NCBI RefSeq assembly: GCF_009914755.1
Contig: NC_060936.1
Source of the DNA: the human T2T-CHM13v2.0 reference genome, Homo sapiens
Reading direction: 5' to 3' (one strand)
Length of the DNA: 64,000 bases
Part shown: in pieces, positions 12,530-26,854 of the stretch
How the letters are laid out: each line of letters begins with the position of its first letter
Position numbering within the stretch: position 1 is the stretch's first letter
Notes under the pieces: generated by a model
What the model saw: only the letters and a program-made list of their open reading frames with translations
Databases searched by the model: none
Told to the model about the DNA's origin: nothing
Translations under genes and position numbers: made by a program

Positions 12530-12536
<7 letters not shown>

Positions 12537-14754
12537 TTTACACAGGATTATTTTCAAGATGATATAGGGTTGCTATACCACAAAGAATGATACTTTTAGT
12601 GGAGGAAAAAGTCTAGATTAACTTTACTCTATTGGAGGAAAAGATGAGCGAGAAAGACAATTTTAGGATACAGATCTAGCCAGGCTTTCTGGGCAGTATT
12701 CACTGCTCTTCTGATAAATGTCAATGTCTCTCTTTAAAGAAGGGGCCAAGGCTGTAGCTACAGAACAAAGACAAACTCTAGTCCCTCAAGAATAAAGTTT
12801 CATAGGTACTAGACAGATTAACTGGTCCCTCATTAGTTGGGTTGGTATTTAGATAATTATTCAGTACAAGGTTGTAATTACAAGTAGGGAACAGAAAAGT
12901 AAAGCAGTAACTAGTGTAGACTAATAATCATTTTAGAATTGATATCCAGAGTGGAGGTTAGAAGAATCTTGGCTTCAATATGTATTATGTGTTAAAAAGA
13001 TGGGATTTAATACTGGGCTTATGGTCAAAAAATAATTTCAGATTCAAGTCAAAAGTAGGTGCTGATTAGAAAAGAAAATACATTTAGCAATTCAGAGTTT
13101 ATAATTTAAGAATGTAGTAGTTTTTTTGTTAAGAAGTTATAAACTTGGATTCGTGTGTGTGTGTGTACATGTACAAACAGCATATATATATACATTTTTC
13201 CCCTGATATTTATAACACTCCTTTAAGTTAAATGTTTTCTTTTTCTATAAATGAAAAGTCTGAGGCTCAAAAAGTTTAAGTAAATTTAAATGATCCAAGA
13301 ATGATATATAGTAGAGTTTCTTTATTTTATTAAATATTCATTTTGAAATGGCATATTCACTTCTCTGTGTATTAGAATAAATCTATTTTTACATACTTAA
13401 ATCTGATACTTTCTAGTACTTCTTGTTCTGTTAAAAGTTCCTATGTATATTGTGCATGATTCAAGTAACTTCCATGTTTCCAACCAGTTAAAATCATTTA
13501 ACACACATTTAACTAGCATAGCATATATACTATTCCAGGCAGTCTAATGCTGACTTGGTTTTTTCTCATCAATTATAATTATGTCTAAGCAGAAGGTGCA
13601 TTTTTTGCTCCTCCTACCTTCTGAAAGCAAAATAAAATGTGAGTTAAATTAGCTATTTGTTTAAGTGGAATTTGTCTACTTATAGAATAATCAATCACAT
13701 TTTTTCCTTTATATTCAATTAGTATACTCTTCTTTGGCATGAATGCATTGACTATTTTCAAAAACCCAAGTGTTAGAGATCAATTAATATAATTTCCTTC
13801 TAAACATTTTTTCATTTTATCCAAATCTTATAAGTATCTTGGAAATCTAAGAGCTTTACAAAATTTTACCAAAATGTTTTTAACGATAAGATGAGAATTA
13901 ACTCACCTGTTTAATTTCATTGCTTATGTAATTCTCTTTGATATTGGTTTAAAATTATTTAATTGACATTCACCTTCAGAGATTACCTATTTCTTGTCCC
14001 TCTGCCCTTAGGATTTTACCCAGAAATTAACATGACATTGCCTGAAAAATCCATACAAAGAGATTTTATAGCAAAAACACCACAAAATTCTCCTGACTTT
14101 CTTCTGTAACTGTTATCTTTGTCTGAGACTGCTCTGTTTAATACTTCCACAGAATTATCTCTGAGAACCAATGTGGCAGATTATACTTGTTCAGGTATTT
14201 TTTTTTAATTTCTCCATTGGAACTTGAATACATAGATTACAAACAGTAAAAACTTATTTTTGCTCAAATATATGTTTTTTAAATTCTCATCTTAAATGTG
14301 ATTATTAATATATGATATTTATTTATATCATATTCTTGCCATATACATATCTGTCTTTGGAAGAAATTTATAAATATTGCTTAGTTCTTAGATATCTTTA
14401 TCAATGAATTTGATGAATGAAGGAAATAATCCACAGTGGAAGATAATCAAGAAAACATGCTAGCTATGGAAATTTATTTTACCTGTACAATAGCAAGGAC
14501 AAAATATTTGCCTTATTATTATTTGCTTACCCATACTTATCTGAATATTCATTGATACCCTTCATTGACAAACATAAGCCATCTCAAAGTATGGTTGATG
14601 GCAAAAGAAAATGTGTTTCTCATTTGAACACTCTCAGTGGAAAACCAAAAGAGCTTATTTAGAGTTGAAGTAATTTGAGCACAGCAAAGATGGTTTCATA
14701 TCTAAGTATTAATATGTGTGAAGCAATTTAATATATATTAACATTTTATAATTT

Positions 14755-15080
14755 AATTTTCAGTTGCAATTGACAGAAATAAGAACTAAATAGATTGGCC
14801 AAATAAGAAATAATTTATTTAAAAGCATTAAAATACCTTATGTACTTAAGAATAAGTTGAACAGCCAAACCCTGTCAACTAAAATAATACAGTTGGACAA
14901 AAAAAAATCACCTGGAAATAGCAAATATGAGACAAAACATTATTTCCCACATATTTTTCATTTCTGTTTCCCTCTTTTTATTAGTCTCATTCTCAATAAA
15001 GTTTCTCTTCTCCAGATGGTGAGAAATATAACTACTGACATTTCCTGCATCCTGCAACTCACAGCTTTCACTGGCAGATC
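14755..15080 (-). mobile_element. Very old MLT1-type LTR fragment
   Basis: CAGTTGCAATTGACAGAAAT...AATTTATTT resembles the antisense end of old MLT1 LTRs; weak elsewhere. Confidence 0.35.
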
Positions 15081-16021
15081 TCATTAACATAGCAACTTTA
15101 TATCTGTAGAAGAGGAAGTTTAATAAATAGTAAAAATAATAGGTTCTCAATAACTGGGGGGACTGATAGCACCACGTCAGTCATAGCTGTATTTGTGTGT
15201 ATGTACATGTGTGTTTGTTACATGTGTATATATATTTGTGAAAACTGTTCTTTTTTAACTAGACTAGTAAAAATGTTATTATTTTCTTTAGAAGTCATTC
15301 TGGTAGTAATGTTTCACTTTGGTGCTCAGTTTCTATTACCTGAGGTGCTGTTTTTAGGTAATTCAGCTTTTCTTTAACATATAATGTCCTCGTCAATGAA
15401 ATAAACCAAAAACGATCTCTAAATATATCCTAATTCATTAAAATATATTCACTAAGTTGTTTTACCATAAGACAATTCAAATGCTTCTTTATTAGCTAAA
15501 TCATTGAGCACGTACTTATCTACATGTAGCTTTACGGAGGAGCAACTTTATGTAAAGGTTTGATAGTTTACTTCAAAGTTAAATTTTATTGTTTGTCTTC
15601 TCCAAATGTTTTGCCACTTATTGCTTAAAGATTTGAATTCCTCTAACATTGGATGAAGCATCTCATTCCATTGTTAGAGAAGCTGTTTAAAATTAAAATA
15701 GTGCCTAAAGACATGACACATAATTATAAAATTATCCAGACTAATCTTTCGATAAGAAAGGAGGAAAAACATGAATGTAAAGGGTAGACATCAAATTTTC
15801 TCAATTCAAGGAGTCTGGCAAAGTGACAAACTTTAGTAACTTGATAAAACATCTCTAATTCTTTTTTGACTTCCACATTGATTTTGATTTTCCTTATGAG
15901 ACTCGAAGACCTCTAACAAAATAATGATTTTCAAAAGAATACAAATCAAAACATGTAAGAGCCATCTGTGTTTTTTAATTATGTGTGAAAACAAATCTAG
16001 CTTCTTAATATGTCCAATTAA

Positions 16022-16079
16022 ATCTTAAGAAATCTGTCTCTTAAAACCTCATCTTAAGAAATCTGTCTCTTAAAAGCTC
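16022..16079. repeat. 29-bp tandem duplication
   Basis: ATCTTAAGAAATCTGTCTCTTAAAA(C/G)CTC x2, one mismatch. Confidence 0.95.
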
Positions 16080-17211
16080 ACGCTCACCAGACTTACTACA
16101 TATTGGACCCAGTGGTCTTTGGTCCTTGCAGAGAACATGTTCAATTCTTCTTCAATAAGGGCCTTCTAACATTATATAATATTATCTATTTCTGGTGTAC
16201 TATAGAAGAGCAGGCTTGTCACTGGTGGATGGTTCACCAGTCAGCAAATGGTACGTCACAAATCAGCAACCAGATCAGCTTTTGAGACAAATGTGAATCA
16301 ACCACAACACTCAGCTCAGCTGATTTTGTTGCACTTTCTCATTAGCAAAGCTTTTCTTGTGATGTGCTTTATCTCTTCTCAACTAGTAGATTGAGCAACA
16401 GTGCTCTAGACATTTTGTCTTCTCTTCCTTTTCATAGTTATCTAACACATTTACACATACTATGACACAAAGACTATGTTTTTAATATATATTTATCTAT
16501 GGGTCCCTTCTCCTGCTGAAAATATTAAGAGTAATCTCCTCAGGAAGAATTTGCTGATCACATGGCTAAAATAAGCTGTCTGACCCTCTCTGTATCTTCT
16601 GTCAAGACATCTTTTTTAATTTCCATGTGATAATATTCACAACTTGCAATTTTACATGTATAGGTTTATTTAGTCATTTGAACCCCAACATTTTGTGTGC
16701 TATGCCCAGTGGCTAACACATTGTATTCATGTCTAAATAAAAACACATACATACGTATTTGGCTGAGTTACTGGATATTTACTGAAAAGAAACAAGGCTC
16801 TCTCCTGAATTGTTTTGCTCTAGCTCATCGATCTAGAGAATCTCTTGGGTGTTATTAGCACCTGTCTTTTGTTACCTAGAGAATTGTTCTTTAAGAAAAT
16901 AACGGATATTGGAAACATATGTTTTGTCTCAGGCCATAGCTTCAGAATACATCTTCTCTAACCTTCTAATTTGGACAAGATAGCCTTCAGGTGTATGTTA
17001 CTGCAACTTGTTTCTACCTGTATCATAGGAAAAATCACTTCACATTATATTTGTTTGTTTTCATGTTGTATATTCCACTGGGAAATATATTACTTTAGGA
17101 GGGGGATTGCTATAGTTCTGCATTCCTACTTCTAAACACAAGGCTTGAGGGTTAGGTGGTACTCAAAAGATATTTTTTTTTTCACTGATTATATAGCCAT
17201 ACAACAACCAT

Positions 17212-17596
17212 TGACAAAAACTCTCTCCTTAAACAAACACTAGATGAGCTCCTGCTGAATCATTTTGGTAAGAATTCCCCACCCTTGATGTTCTGGTATG
17301 ATTCCTAACCTCTTACCATCCCCAGGCAATATATGCTCACCTGGCATACCTTTAGCAGGAAGTCTCTTAAGTCAGCTTAGCAAGAATTGCCCCTACCCTT
17401 AATGTCTCCTCTTAGTAATTTCCTGTTCATTGGCCCCTCCAAACTGTTCCTTGGCTATCAAACTTCACTTTTCCTTGTTGTGCTGGGAATTAAGCTCAGC
17501 TCTGTACTGTGGTCTCTTTTACTCTGTTGCAATCATTCCTGAATAAAATCTATTTTTATCACTGTAACTACTGCCTAGCTGTGGTTTTCTTTGATA
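17212..17596 (+). mobile_element. MER31-like ERV1 solo LTR
   Basis: Starts TGACAAAAACTCTCTCCTT; contains CCTCTTAGTAATTT and CCTGAATAAAA; ends TTCTTTGATA; 4-bp TSD CCAT/CCAC. Confidence 0.75.
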
Positions 17597-17831
17597 CCAC
17601 ATAACGTGGAGTCCATTTAAAATAACTTCTAGGAAAATATGTCTTGCTCATTATGTTTTTATCTCATTGAAATGTGAATGCTTTGAAAACAGAAAATGAT
17701 TTGTGCTTTGTATCTTTATTCCCAAGTATTAGCATGGGCAATATTAGCACACATTAAAACCTTCTGTGCACTCTAAACAAAAATCAAGTAATATTAAATG
17801 ATAGACAAGATCTTCAACTAATCTTGTTGTC

Positions 17832-18115
17832 AACCAGGCATGGTGGCTCATGCCTGTAATCCCAGCATTTTGGGAGGCTGAGGTTGGAGGATCACTTGAG
17901 GCCAGGAATTTGTGATCAGCCTGGACAAAAATGGAGATCTTTTCTCTACCTCTACAAAAAAAATAAAATAAAGGTGGCAGGCACCTGCAGTCCCAACTAT
18001 TTAGGAGGCTGAAGCAGGAGAATCCTGCGAGCCCAGGAGTTTGAGTTTACAGTGAGCTGATTGCACCACTTCATTTCATCTTGGGAGACAGAGCAAGGCA
18101 CCATCTTAAAAAAAA
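17832..18115 (+). mobile_element. AluJ
   Basis: Diverged dimeric Alu, GGATCACTTGAGGCCAGGA, A-tail; TSD-like AATCTTGTTGTC/AATCTAGTTACC. Confidence 0.9.
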
Positions 18116-18124
18116 TCTAGTTAC

Positions 18125-18235
18125 CAAACATTTTCTTTCAGAGATGAGGAGATACCCCAATAGAATGAGTAATTGTTCAAAGGCACAAAGCCAATTAGTA
18201 TCACAAACATTACAACTAGTTCTCCTGTAGCCAAT
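18125..18235 (-). mobile_element. MIR fragment
   Basis: TTTCAGAGATGAGGAGA...GTAATTGTTCAAAGGCACAAAGC resembles the MIR core antisense. Confidence 0.45.
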
Positions 18236-20216
18236 TTATAAGTTGTGCCATCATCTAGTGTATTTTTAAATGTTTGTTTTAGCTACAACTCCTCTATCTC
18301 TCAGGCAGCCATACAAGGACAAAAAAGAAGAAATATTGAATCTCTAAAAAGATTCTGAGAACCCAAAAACTACATATGAATTAAGGGCAAAAGCCTTCTT
18401 AGGATTCTGACATCTGTCTATTTTTTCCTTCCCTTTGGATCATGAATATATTTAGCAGCTTTAATAGATAATACAGGTGAAAAAAAGAATGACTTTTATA
18501 TTATAAATCTTTCTCTACCTTGAGTATACTGATATATTATGTTAAAATATTTTCTTCAACAAGAACAACAAAAAAGCTTATCTCACATGGACAGGCAGAC
18601 ATTAGCCAAACATAATTTGTAACATTCCTCCGGTTTTAGCCAGTAGAAGGGTGATCATACAAACACAGTCCAACCATATCTTTAGGCTCATAGCTCAAGA
18701 TCTCTGTTTTTCTCATCCATACTACAGGGCGGACTGGCACTAAGTTGAACTAAACTCATGTAAGAATATCCCGTTTCCACCAAGGTGCAGGATCAGAGTA
18801 CTCATGTGCAATGAAGAGCAAAACTATCCTGTCTTGAGTTACATTTATCTTGATTTCCTTGTCATCTGTGTGGCATGGAAGGTCCTACTTGATCACAGCG
18901 TGCAAAAGAATAACAAAGTAATAATGAGATATGGCCAAGAAAAGTGGAGCAAGCAATGCATGCTTTCTTTTTTGGTTATAAAAATAGTATCAATTCATTT
19001 ACCTTATTGAGGGAATAAAGGCACCATAAGGCAAAACTGCTGTTTTAGGCTTTATTGTTTTTGAACTTAGGCTTCCTTCTAGTTGGAACTACTTTTAGGC
19101 TCCCAAACATGCTCAAAAGTGTCAGCATGTCTTTGCTCAAACTGCCACATATGTTAGGAATGCACCCACCCCTGAGTCCCATCTATCCCACACTCTCAGT
19201 GTGCAACTAAAACGTAGAAATGAGAGGAAATGACATGCTTTCAGTTGATTAGAACAAGCAATGGCTAGATCAGAGTAGTGTAAGAAAAGCAGAAATCAGG
19301 TAAGTCTGATAAGAAGCCAATCAAATTAACTGACACCAATTTTTTGTAAAATTAAAACTAAAAAACATTTATAAATTCTGCAAGTAAAAGTGGAAATGAA
19401 ATCATTTGGAATACACACAAATAAATAGGAAATGAATACATATTTACTCAAATTTTTGTAATTATTTCAGTTCTTATTCCATTTTTTTTTTCAAAAAGTT
19501 ATCATTTTTCTATTGTAACAGAAGAATTACTATTAGGAGTCCCAAGATTTAAAGTAAATATTGTTTCTTCAATGTTGGATGTTAACCCAAAGTAAGAAGA
19601 TGATTATTTTGTGAATGACTCCAATTCACAGCAATGGTCCTAAGGCAATGTTCCAAGTGATCTCTTCACTTCTTCAAAGCAGCTTTGCTAAGAAATTGCA
19701 TCTTTCATAGAAACAACAATTGGAACAATTAATTAGTTTCAATTTTAATTAAAAGATGATCTCATTTAGCTCTGATTAAATTACAACAGCTAGATAAATC
19801 CAGACAGCAACATTTAGCTAATTTAATTAGGTAGGGTAATGCTTTTCTGTGTTACCACTCTGAATGACTAATAGTGGGGTTCTAGTGTTTTTCCTACACA
19901 AGATTCTCTGCACTTTCATTGGCTAGGCATATGTAAACAATAAGCAAACTATAACTGAATGATATCTTATATATTTTGAATTTTCATTCTTGAAAATATA
20001 TTAATATGCATGACAAATAATTGTAATTTTATTGTATATACATTTTTAAAGACCTCAACAAACTACATGAGGTTAAATTTCTCAAGAAATAAATTTAAAA
20101 ATTATTTTGAAATAGTGAACAGTGATTTCACTATAGAAAACCTAATCCTTCTCACTTTAAAAAAATATTTTATAAGGATTTTGTTTTAATTTTGTAGTTC
20201 AATACTTGGATTCCAT

Positions 20217-20248
<32 letters not shown>

Positions 20249-20344
20249 TTTCTTTAGCTTTATGTGCCTAGGAGGATTGAACTTCAAGTGGTTACAATCC
20301 ATGATTCAACTTTACAATATCTAACTTTCTTAGATTATTAGAGT

Positions 20345-21345
20345 ATATCAGTTAGGAATTTTAGATTTTAATTCGCAAATAACAATAACTGGAATAAGAC
20401 TGAGATTAACATTCTCTCAGATAACAGCAAGTCCAGCGGTAGGCATAAGCAGCTGTTAGAATTTAAAACATCATACCAGATAAGATGGGCAAACATAAAT
20501 TAATTTTCTTTCAATAGCATTGCAATAGGGGAAAGATACTGAACTCAATCCTACTGAAATTAAAGGAGGAAAGTTTGTAAAAACTGGGCTTGTGTATAGG
20601 GGGCTAAAAAGGTGTAGGCCATCTGTGTTTACTAATTGACCAACTGACCATACCCAAAGTGAAGGTAAATTTCCTCCAATTTCCATGACTGAAAGTAGCT
20701 TTACAGCTTAGGCACAGTGCCCACTGTCAGGCTCCTAAGCCTCCACAGAGACTGTGAGGGAGGGATGCTATCTTTCTTCCATGCTTATATTTTAAGGAGT
20801 TGCTTCCCAGGTCCTTGAGAAAGACATCCCCTGTGTCATTAAACTGGCAAGAGGTTTTTAAGAAGATTTATGTACATTTCAGCAGAGCAGAGAAATAATT
20901 TGCAATTATAAATTTTCTAAAGTAAAAGCTGTAAGAAAAGGGATGTCCGGGCCTAGAGGCAGGAACAAACCTGTCTAAAGTTTAGTCAGTCTGAGAGAAA
21001 TGTTAAGAACCTCTTGTTATAGTTTATGGGTATTTACAGCTGAGGGCTCTGCGATCCTTTCAGCATTCTTTTCACTACCTGCAGTCATGTAATTGTTAAA
21101 GCTCCAACTTTTATGTCTACATTTGGAATGGGAGAAAGTGCAAAGGGCAACAAGGAGAATCTGAGCTGAACCTGCCTTGTTTTAAAAGGATTTTTAAAAC
21201 CCAACCCAACAAGTTCAACATACAATAGAGTGGCCAGCACTGAGTCTTATGGTCATGTCTAGTCGCAAGAAATGCTAGAAGAGTAGTTTATATATATATA
21301 TATATATATTTAATCTGGGCATAGTTCCACTTCAACAAAATTGGC
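20345..21345 (-). mobile_element. Old MLT1 (K/L-like) LTR split by a MER67-like LTR
   Basis: TATCAGTTAGGAAT...AAGTCCAGCGGTAGGCA on the left; TGGCCAGCACTGAGTCTTATGGTCATGTCTAGTCGCAAG on the right. Confidence 0.55.
20454..21019 (-). mobile_element. MER67-like ERV1 solo LTR
   Basis: Reverse strand contains TGACTAAACTTTAGACAGG, TTTACTTTAGAAAA and CCCCTATTGCAAT; TG start at 20454. Confidence 0.75.
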
Positions 21346-21859
21346 TTATACAATGTTGAAGTCAGGAAAGTTTATTTAATGTATTAAGAAAAATAACAAA
21401 ATAGGTCAATTTTAGTCTTTTAAATCAAACTGTATGATGTTGTCCTAAGTAACAATTAGAAACTATATTATTCTTCTCAGTGCAGACTTTTCATATGATA
21501 TTAAAACTCGACTTAAGGACTACCTTGGGAGCTTATTACTGCATGTTCTTTATGCTTTTGTTGTATTGCTTTCCTGCTGTCTTAACATCTCTGGCCTTTC
21601 AGATTCAAAGGGCTTTTCTTCTCATTTAAACACCATGAAATATGTCATTGTTAGGCTTACTTTGGAGTTGAATTTGTTTTTAGGGCTCAGTTTTATTCCT
21701 TTTCTTATTTTTAGACACAGGGATTTTCAAGGATGTTTTGTGGACAGATACAGGATTTGAGATTGAGTTTCAGCGAAAAGGTCTCTTTCTATGTAGTGAT
21801 ACACATAATGAGGATCTCCAGATTCATCTCTAAACCAGCTTGCCCACTGCAAATTCAGA

Positions 21860-23416
21860 CTGTTGGAGTTTGTAGACATCATTCTGGGGCAGGCAGACCT
21901 TTAAGACTGGCTAGCAGGACTTTGGTTTGTAGAAACATAAGTAAAATTCTTTCATTTCTAAAAGAGGCCATAAAGACAATTTGGAGCAAATGGCTGGTTC
22001 CCAAACTTGATTTATTCAAACAATTTGTGAATAATAGATATATTTAAATCACATATCAAAAATATAGAAATACATTCCCCTTGAGAAGTTCAGAGTAGAG
22101 CAAGAGGTTCTTCAGGAAAGAGGCTGTTTGGATTATTGCGCTTGACTGTATGATTCACTTCAGTGTGTGACCCAGCCATTTGGTGATGGGAGAAACACAC
22201 ACATTTAACATTTGAGATGGCAAATCAAAATAAGTTGCCATTCTAAATTAGGTCTTGAAGGAATCAAAAGCATCAGACTTTCTTGTGAGATAGCCTCAAA
22301 ATCATAAGATGGAGACCTACCTTTTTACTTCAGGGAAGTGGAGTGGAAAAGCTAGGACCAGAACAATGTGAGCCCCGTTAACAACAGTCAGAAACAGTGA
22401 TAGCAGATACAAGTCAGGGAATGGTGACGGTTCAATTCCCACTCAGCCACAATGCAAAGGTTGAGTAGACTGCGCAAGAAAACTAAGAGATAGATTTCAA
22501 TAGTCCCTAAGGACATTAGAGTCTCTAGGGAAAACATGAAAATCTCCCTGTGGATCTCTAAAACACTAAGATGTATTTTTAGAATGAAACCATTCTGACA
22601 GAGGCTGTAATCTAGAAACAAACTTTGGGGTTCACGAAACAATACTTCAAAATGAGGGCCTCGGCAGCAACCTTGGAAGCAAAATGTTTTCTCTGACCTT
22701 CTTCTGCCGTCCTCTCAGTCCAGTTGTCCCCTGAGGCTAGCCATAGAAACTAGAATCCCTCTTCCCCAAGGCAGGTCATAGAAACCGGAACCCCTTTTCC
22801 CTAAAGCTAGTCATCAAACCTAAAAATATTACCCTAATTTTTCCTCTACCTTTCTGTGTAAAAACTGGCCATAAAGAAATTACCTGGCCTACTTTGTTTG
22901 ACCATAGATCATAAGATCCTAATTCCAGAAAGGTTCCTTCTCCATATCCAGAAGGAAGAAATGCATGCTCAGAGAAGCCAAGAAGAGTCTAGAGATAGAT
23001 AGGTCTTGCTGGGTTGCACCACTCAGTTGATAAATGTTAGATCATACCTTTTTGTCCAATCATATTTCTACACAGGTGTCCATATTTTGTTGAACCTAAG
23101 GACAGAAATGGAACATTTTCCCCGTATCTTTGGGTCTTCATTCTGAAGTCTCATGTGTATGCATGTTAAATAAATGTGTATTTTTTTCTCCAGTTAATCT
23201 GCCTTTGTGAGCTGATTTTTCAGCAAACCTTCAGAGGACCAAGGGAAAAGCTAGCCCTTGGCCCTGACAGAATACAGCTGTGAACTCTAGATATGTCCCT
23301 CATGAACTCAGCCTTAAGAAATTCTAATCGCATATATAAGAGGCAAGTTTTCTATTTCTGCGACTCTATTGATGCAAATGTAGGCAGAAGCTATGCAGGT
23401 CTGGATCATAATTACA
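21860..23416 (+). mobile_element. Possible very old LTR (family not identified) within an L2, itself interrupted by MER39
   Basis: TG start near 21860 and TTACA end at ~23416, with L2-like sequence on both sides (GATCTCCAGATTCATCTCT; AATATTTATTGAATAAATGAA). Confidence 0.3.
22624..23269 (+). mobile_element. MER39 ERV1 solo LTR
   Basis: GAGGCTAGCCATAGAAACTAGAATCCCTCTTCCCCAAGG and TTTGGGTCTTCATTCTGAAG; ends CCCTTGGCCCTGACA. Confidence 0.88.
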
Positions 23417-23924
23417 CAGTAGCACTAGCACAAGGATAAGCACATAGAGGACACTCAGGAATATTTATTGAATAAATGAAGGCATTCCAAAGAATTTTCA
23501 TACATACAACTTATTTTATTCTTAAAGGAATCTTTGATGCTAGCTATATTTCTTAGACATATTTCATTTTTAAAAGAGAGAGTAGTGTTTAAATGACTAA
23601 CCAAAGATCATAGTACTGATATATCGAGGAATTAGACGTTAGTCTAAATCATCTGATTTCAGCCCCAATAATCTGGCTACTGAACAATACTGTATGGTCC
23701 AAAAGCAACAACCTATTACTGCCTCCACTGTGTTCATATCCTACTTAAAGATCCCACTTCTTTTAAACACAGCATGTATGACTTCTCATGAAAAGTCCTT
23801 GAGCACATCTTCAGTCAAGGGTTTTCTTTAACATTGTGCTTTGTATCAGCCTCTGGCAGCCTGGATGGCTAGCCTATACTGGACACATGTAGAAAAAGAC
23901 ACACGCACACTCTATGAAACTTAT

Positions 23925-24974
23925 TGTATTAGTTTTCAAGGGCTACTATAATAAAGTACCACAAACCAGGTAGGTGGCTTAGGACAAGGGAATTTTATTG
24001 TCTTATAGTTCTGGAGGCAAGAAGCCTGTAATCAAGGTGTTGGGAGGACCATGATCCCTCTGAAGGTGGTCAGTGTAAATCAAAAGTATCTGAGACAAAT
24101 CTCAGTCAATTTAGAAGTTTAATATACCAAGGTTGAGGAGACAGGTCTCTGCCTTTCTAGAAGATTATTTTGAGGGCTTTAATGTTTAAAGGGGAAAAGG
24201 CAGATATTGGGAAAAGAGGAAGAAATTTTCTAAAGATGCGGATAGGTAAGAGGCAAGCAGTTGTATTCTTTTGAGTCTTCGATCAGCCATTCACATGTGA
24301 GGGTGAGGGTAGAGGAAAAGTCACTTACGCATTCATCTAGCTCAGTGATTCTTCATTTGTACATAAAATAAAATAAACATGGGGAAGAGGAAGCAATCAG
24401 ATGTCTATTTGTCTCAGGTGAGCAGAGGGATGGATGACTTTGAGTTCTGTTCTTTGACCTACACCTGTGAAGATCAGTTATCAATTTACATTGTCAGGGT
24501 GAAATAAATTTAAAAGAACTGTTTTAGGGAAAAGATCTTGGTGCCCATAGGAATTTTCTAGTGGACATGTTAGGAGGAAGGTAGGTTTGCCTGATGCAGT
24601 TTTCAGCTGGACTTTTCCCTTTGGCTTAGTGAGTTTGGGGTCTCAAGGTTTATTTTTCTTTCACATTGGAAAGCATCTTTTCTGGGCCTATCTCCTTGCT
24701 TCTGGTACTTCCTTGGCTTGTGGCAGCATGACTCCAATATGCATATGACATTTTCCCTGTGTATGTCTGTCTCCTCACATGGCATTCTTTTTAAAAGAAC
24801 AGCAGTCATTTTGGATTAGAGGCTCACCCTACTCCAGCATGTCTTCGCTCTTCACCTTCACTTAACATATTACATCTGCAATGACTCTGTTTTTAACTAT
24901 GGTAACATTCAGAGGGACTGGGGGATAGGACTTCAACGTATGAATTTTGGAGGGACACAATTCAACCCATAATA
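23925..24974 (-). mobile_element. MLT1C LTR, interrupted by a MER4 LTR
   Basis: TGTATTAGTTT...GGGACACAATTCAACCCATAATA; perfect 5-bp TSD CTTAT (23920-23924 / 24975-24979). Confidence 0.88.
24074..24665 (-). mobile_element. MER4 (B-like) ERV1 solo LTR
   Basis: Reverse strand TGTGAAAGAAAAATAAACCTTGAGACCCCAAACTCACTAAGCCAAAGGGAAAAGTC...TGTCTCAGATACTTTTGATTTACA. Confidence 0.88.
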
Positions 24975-25633
24975 CTTATGTTATTTTTATTTATATATAC
25001 ATATATATAATACAGATGGCATTTAATAGTTTGGTTTCTGAGAAAATCAATCAACTACCATATTTGAGAAAAAAGCAAGAAATTTGTGCAATCTCTTGGA
25101 AGTCAAAAGAAAATGGGACTATTATTTGTCTTGATTTTACTAGATTATTTTTAAAGTGTGCATTTTTGAACAGTTAAATTTAAAAATCACCCATTTAATA
25201 GAGAAAAGAAAATGTAAAATAATATTGTTATCCTAAAATACCTCATTTTCTTCTTAATATTCTTTAGTTTCCATCTCTGCCATTTTGCCAAAGAAAAATA
25301 TTTCAAGAACACCAATGAAAGGCCCCAATGGTGTTATACACATTACAGTAATAATGGGAAGAATATAGAAATAGATTTAATTTCCTTTAAAATGTTCCAG
25401 CAAAACATTTGTTTAAAAAAAAAGCTGAAAAAAGGGGCTCTCAGGGATAAACTTTTTAGTAAGATATGCAGTGCTTCAACATTGTGTGTGTGTGTATTTT
25501 TGTGTATGTGTGTGTGACAGGTACATGTATTTCTGAACATGTAATTGGAGCAGAGAAATTTAAGATAAAATTTGAACTATATATGTAAATAACACTTTAA
25601 AAGACTCTTGGAAACATGAAATAAGATCTGAAG

Positions 25634-25983
<350 letters not shown>

Positions 25984-26149
25984 CTAAAAAAAGTATAAGT
26001 TCTCTGTAAATTGATATATGAATTTAAAACAACCAGTTAAAGCAGAAACAAAAAATACTTGAAATTTATTTATTTACTCTTGTTTTACTCCAACTTGCAG
26101 AATCACTCAGACTCTTCTATGAAAGTTATTTTTTCTTACAGAATTTTCT

Positions 26150-26852
26150 ACATGTAAATTCTGTGTTATCTCCCTAACCAGGTTTTCATTCTATCTTAGT
26201 AGCTGCTTCTCCTTATTCATAATAGCCATTTTTTTCTTCCTTTGCTGACCTCTAACTGCTAGAGTACACCAGGGCTCCTTAGGCCCCCTCTTATTCTCCA
26301 TCCACACCTCCTTCTTGGATGATTTCATCATGTTTTTAAATATATTCTATGTGCTGATGACTCCCAGAATTATGTCATCAGCTCTGATCTCTTCACTGGG
26401 CCTAAGTTTTGAGCGTCCACATATCTATGGGACATTGCCTACACCCATAAATAATAGACACTTCAAATTTAGCTTGCTTAATACACAACTTTTAATTTTT
26501 CTTTCCTCAAATTCATTTTTGTTCCTCAAATCTATCCTGTCTCAGCAATTTCAAACTTCAACTACCCAATTATTTAAGAAAACAACCTCTCTCAAGTAAA
26601 CAGCACTGTTAAAATTATAGAAATAATTTGACATTAGATTAATATAATCTCATATTCTATGTCTGTGTATATTTCCTCCCTTATATCCCTGAAATTCTCA
26701 AACTCTCATGCTCTTTTTCCTATCTTACTTACTCCAATGCCATACCTATATAATTTGATAGCCTTCTAACTTGTCTGCTTGATTTTACCCTTTCCTCCAT
26801 TGTTATTTTTTCCACACATTAAACAAAATATTAGTTTTAAAATAAAAATCAA
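26150..26852 (+). mobile_element. L2 (RT region); continues at ~28040-28290
   Basis: CCAGGGCTC and TATGTGCTGATGACTCCCA (PQGS and YADD-derived motifs of L2 RT). Confidence 0.75.
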
Positions 26853-26854
26853 AA

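Noticed and set aside
10950-12900. Faint MLT1, L2 and ERVL-LTR-like traces
   Set aside because: Too diverged to assign a family or boundaries by eye.
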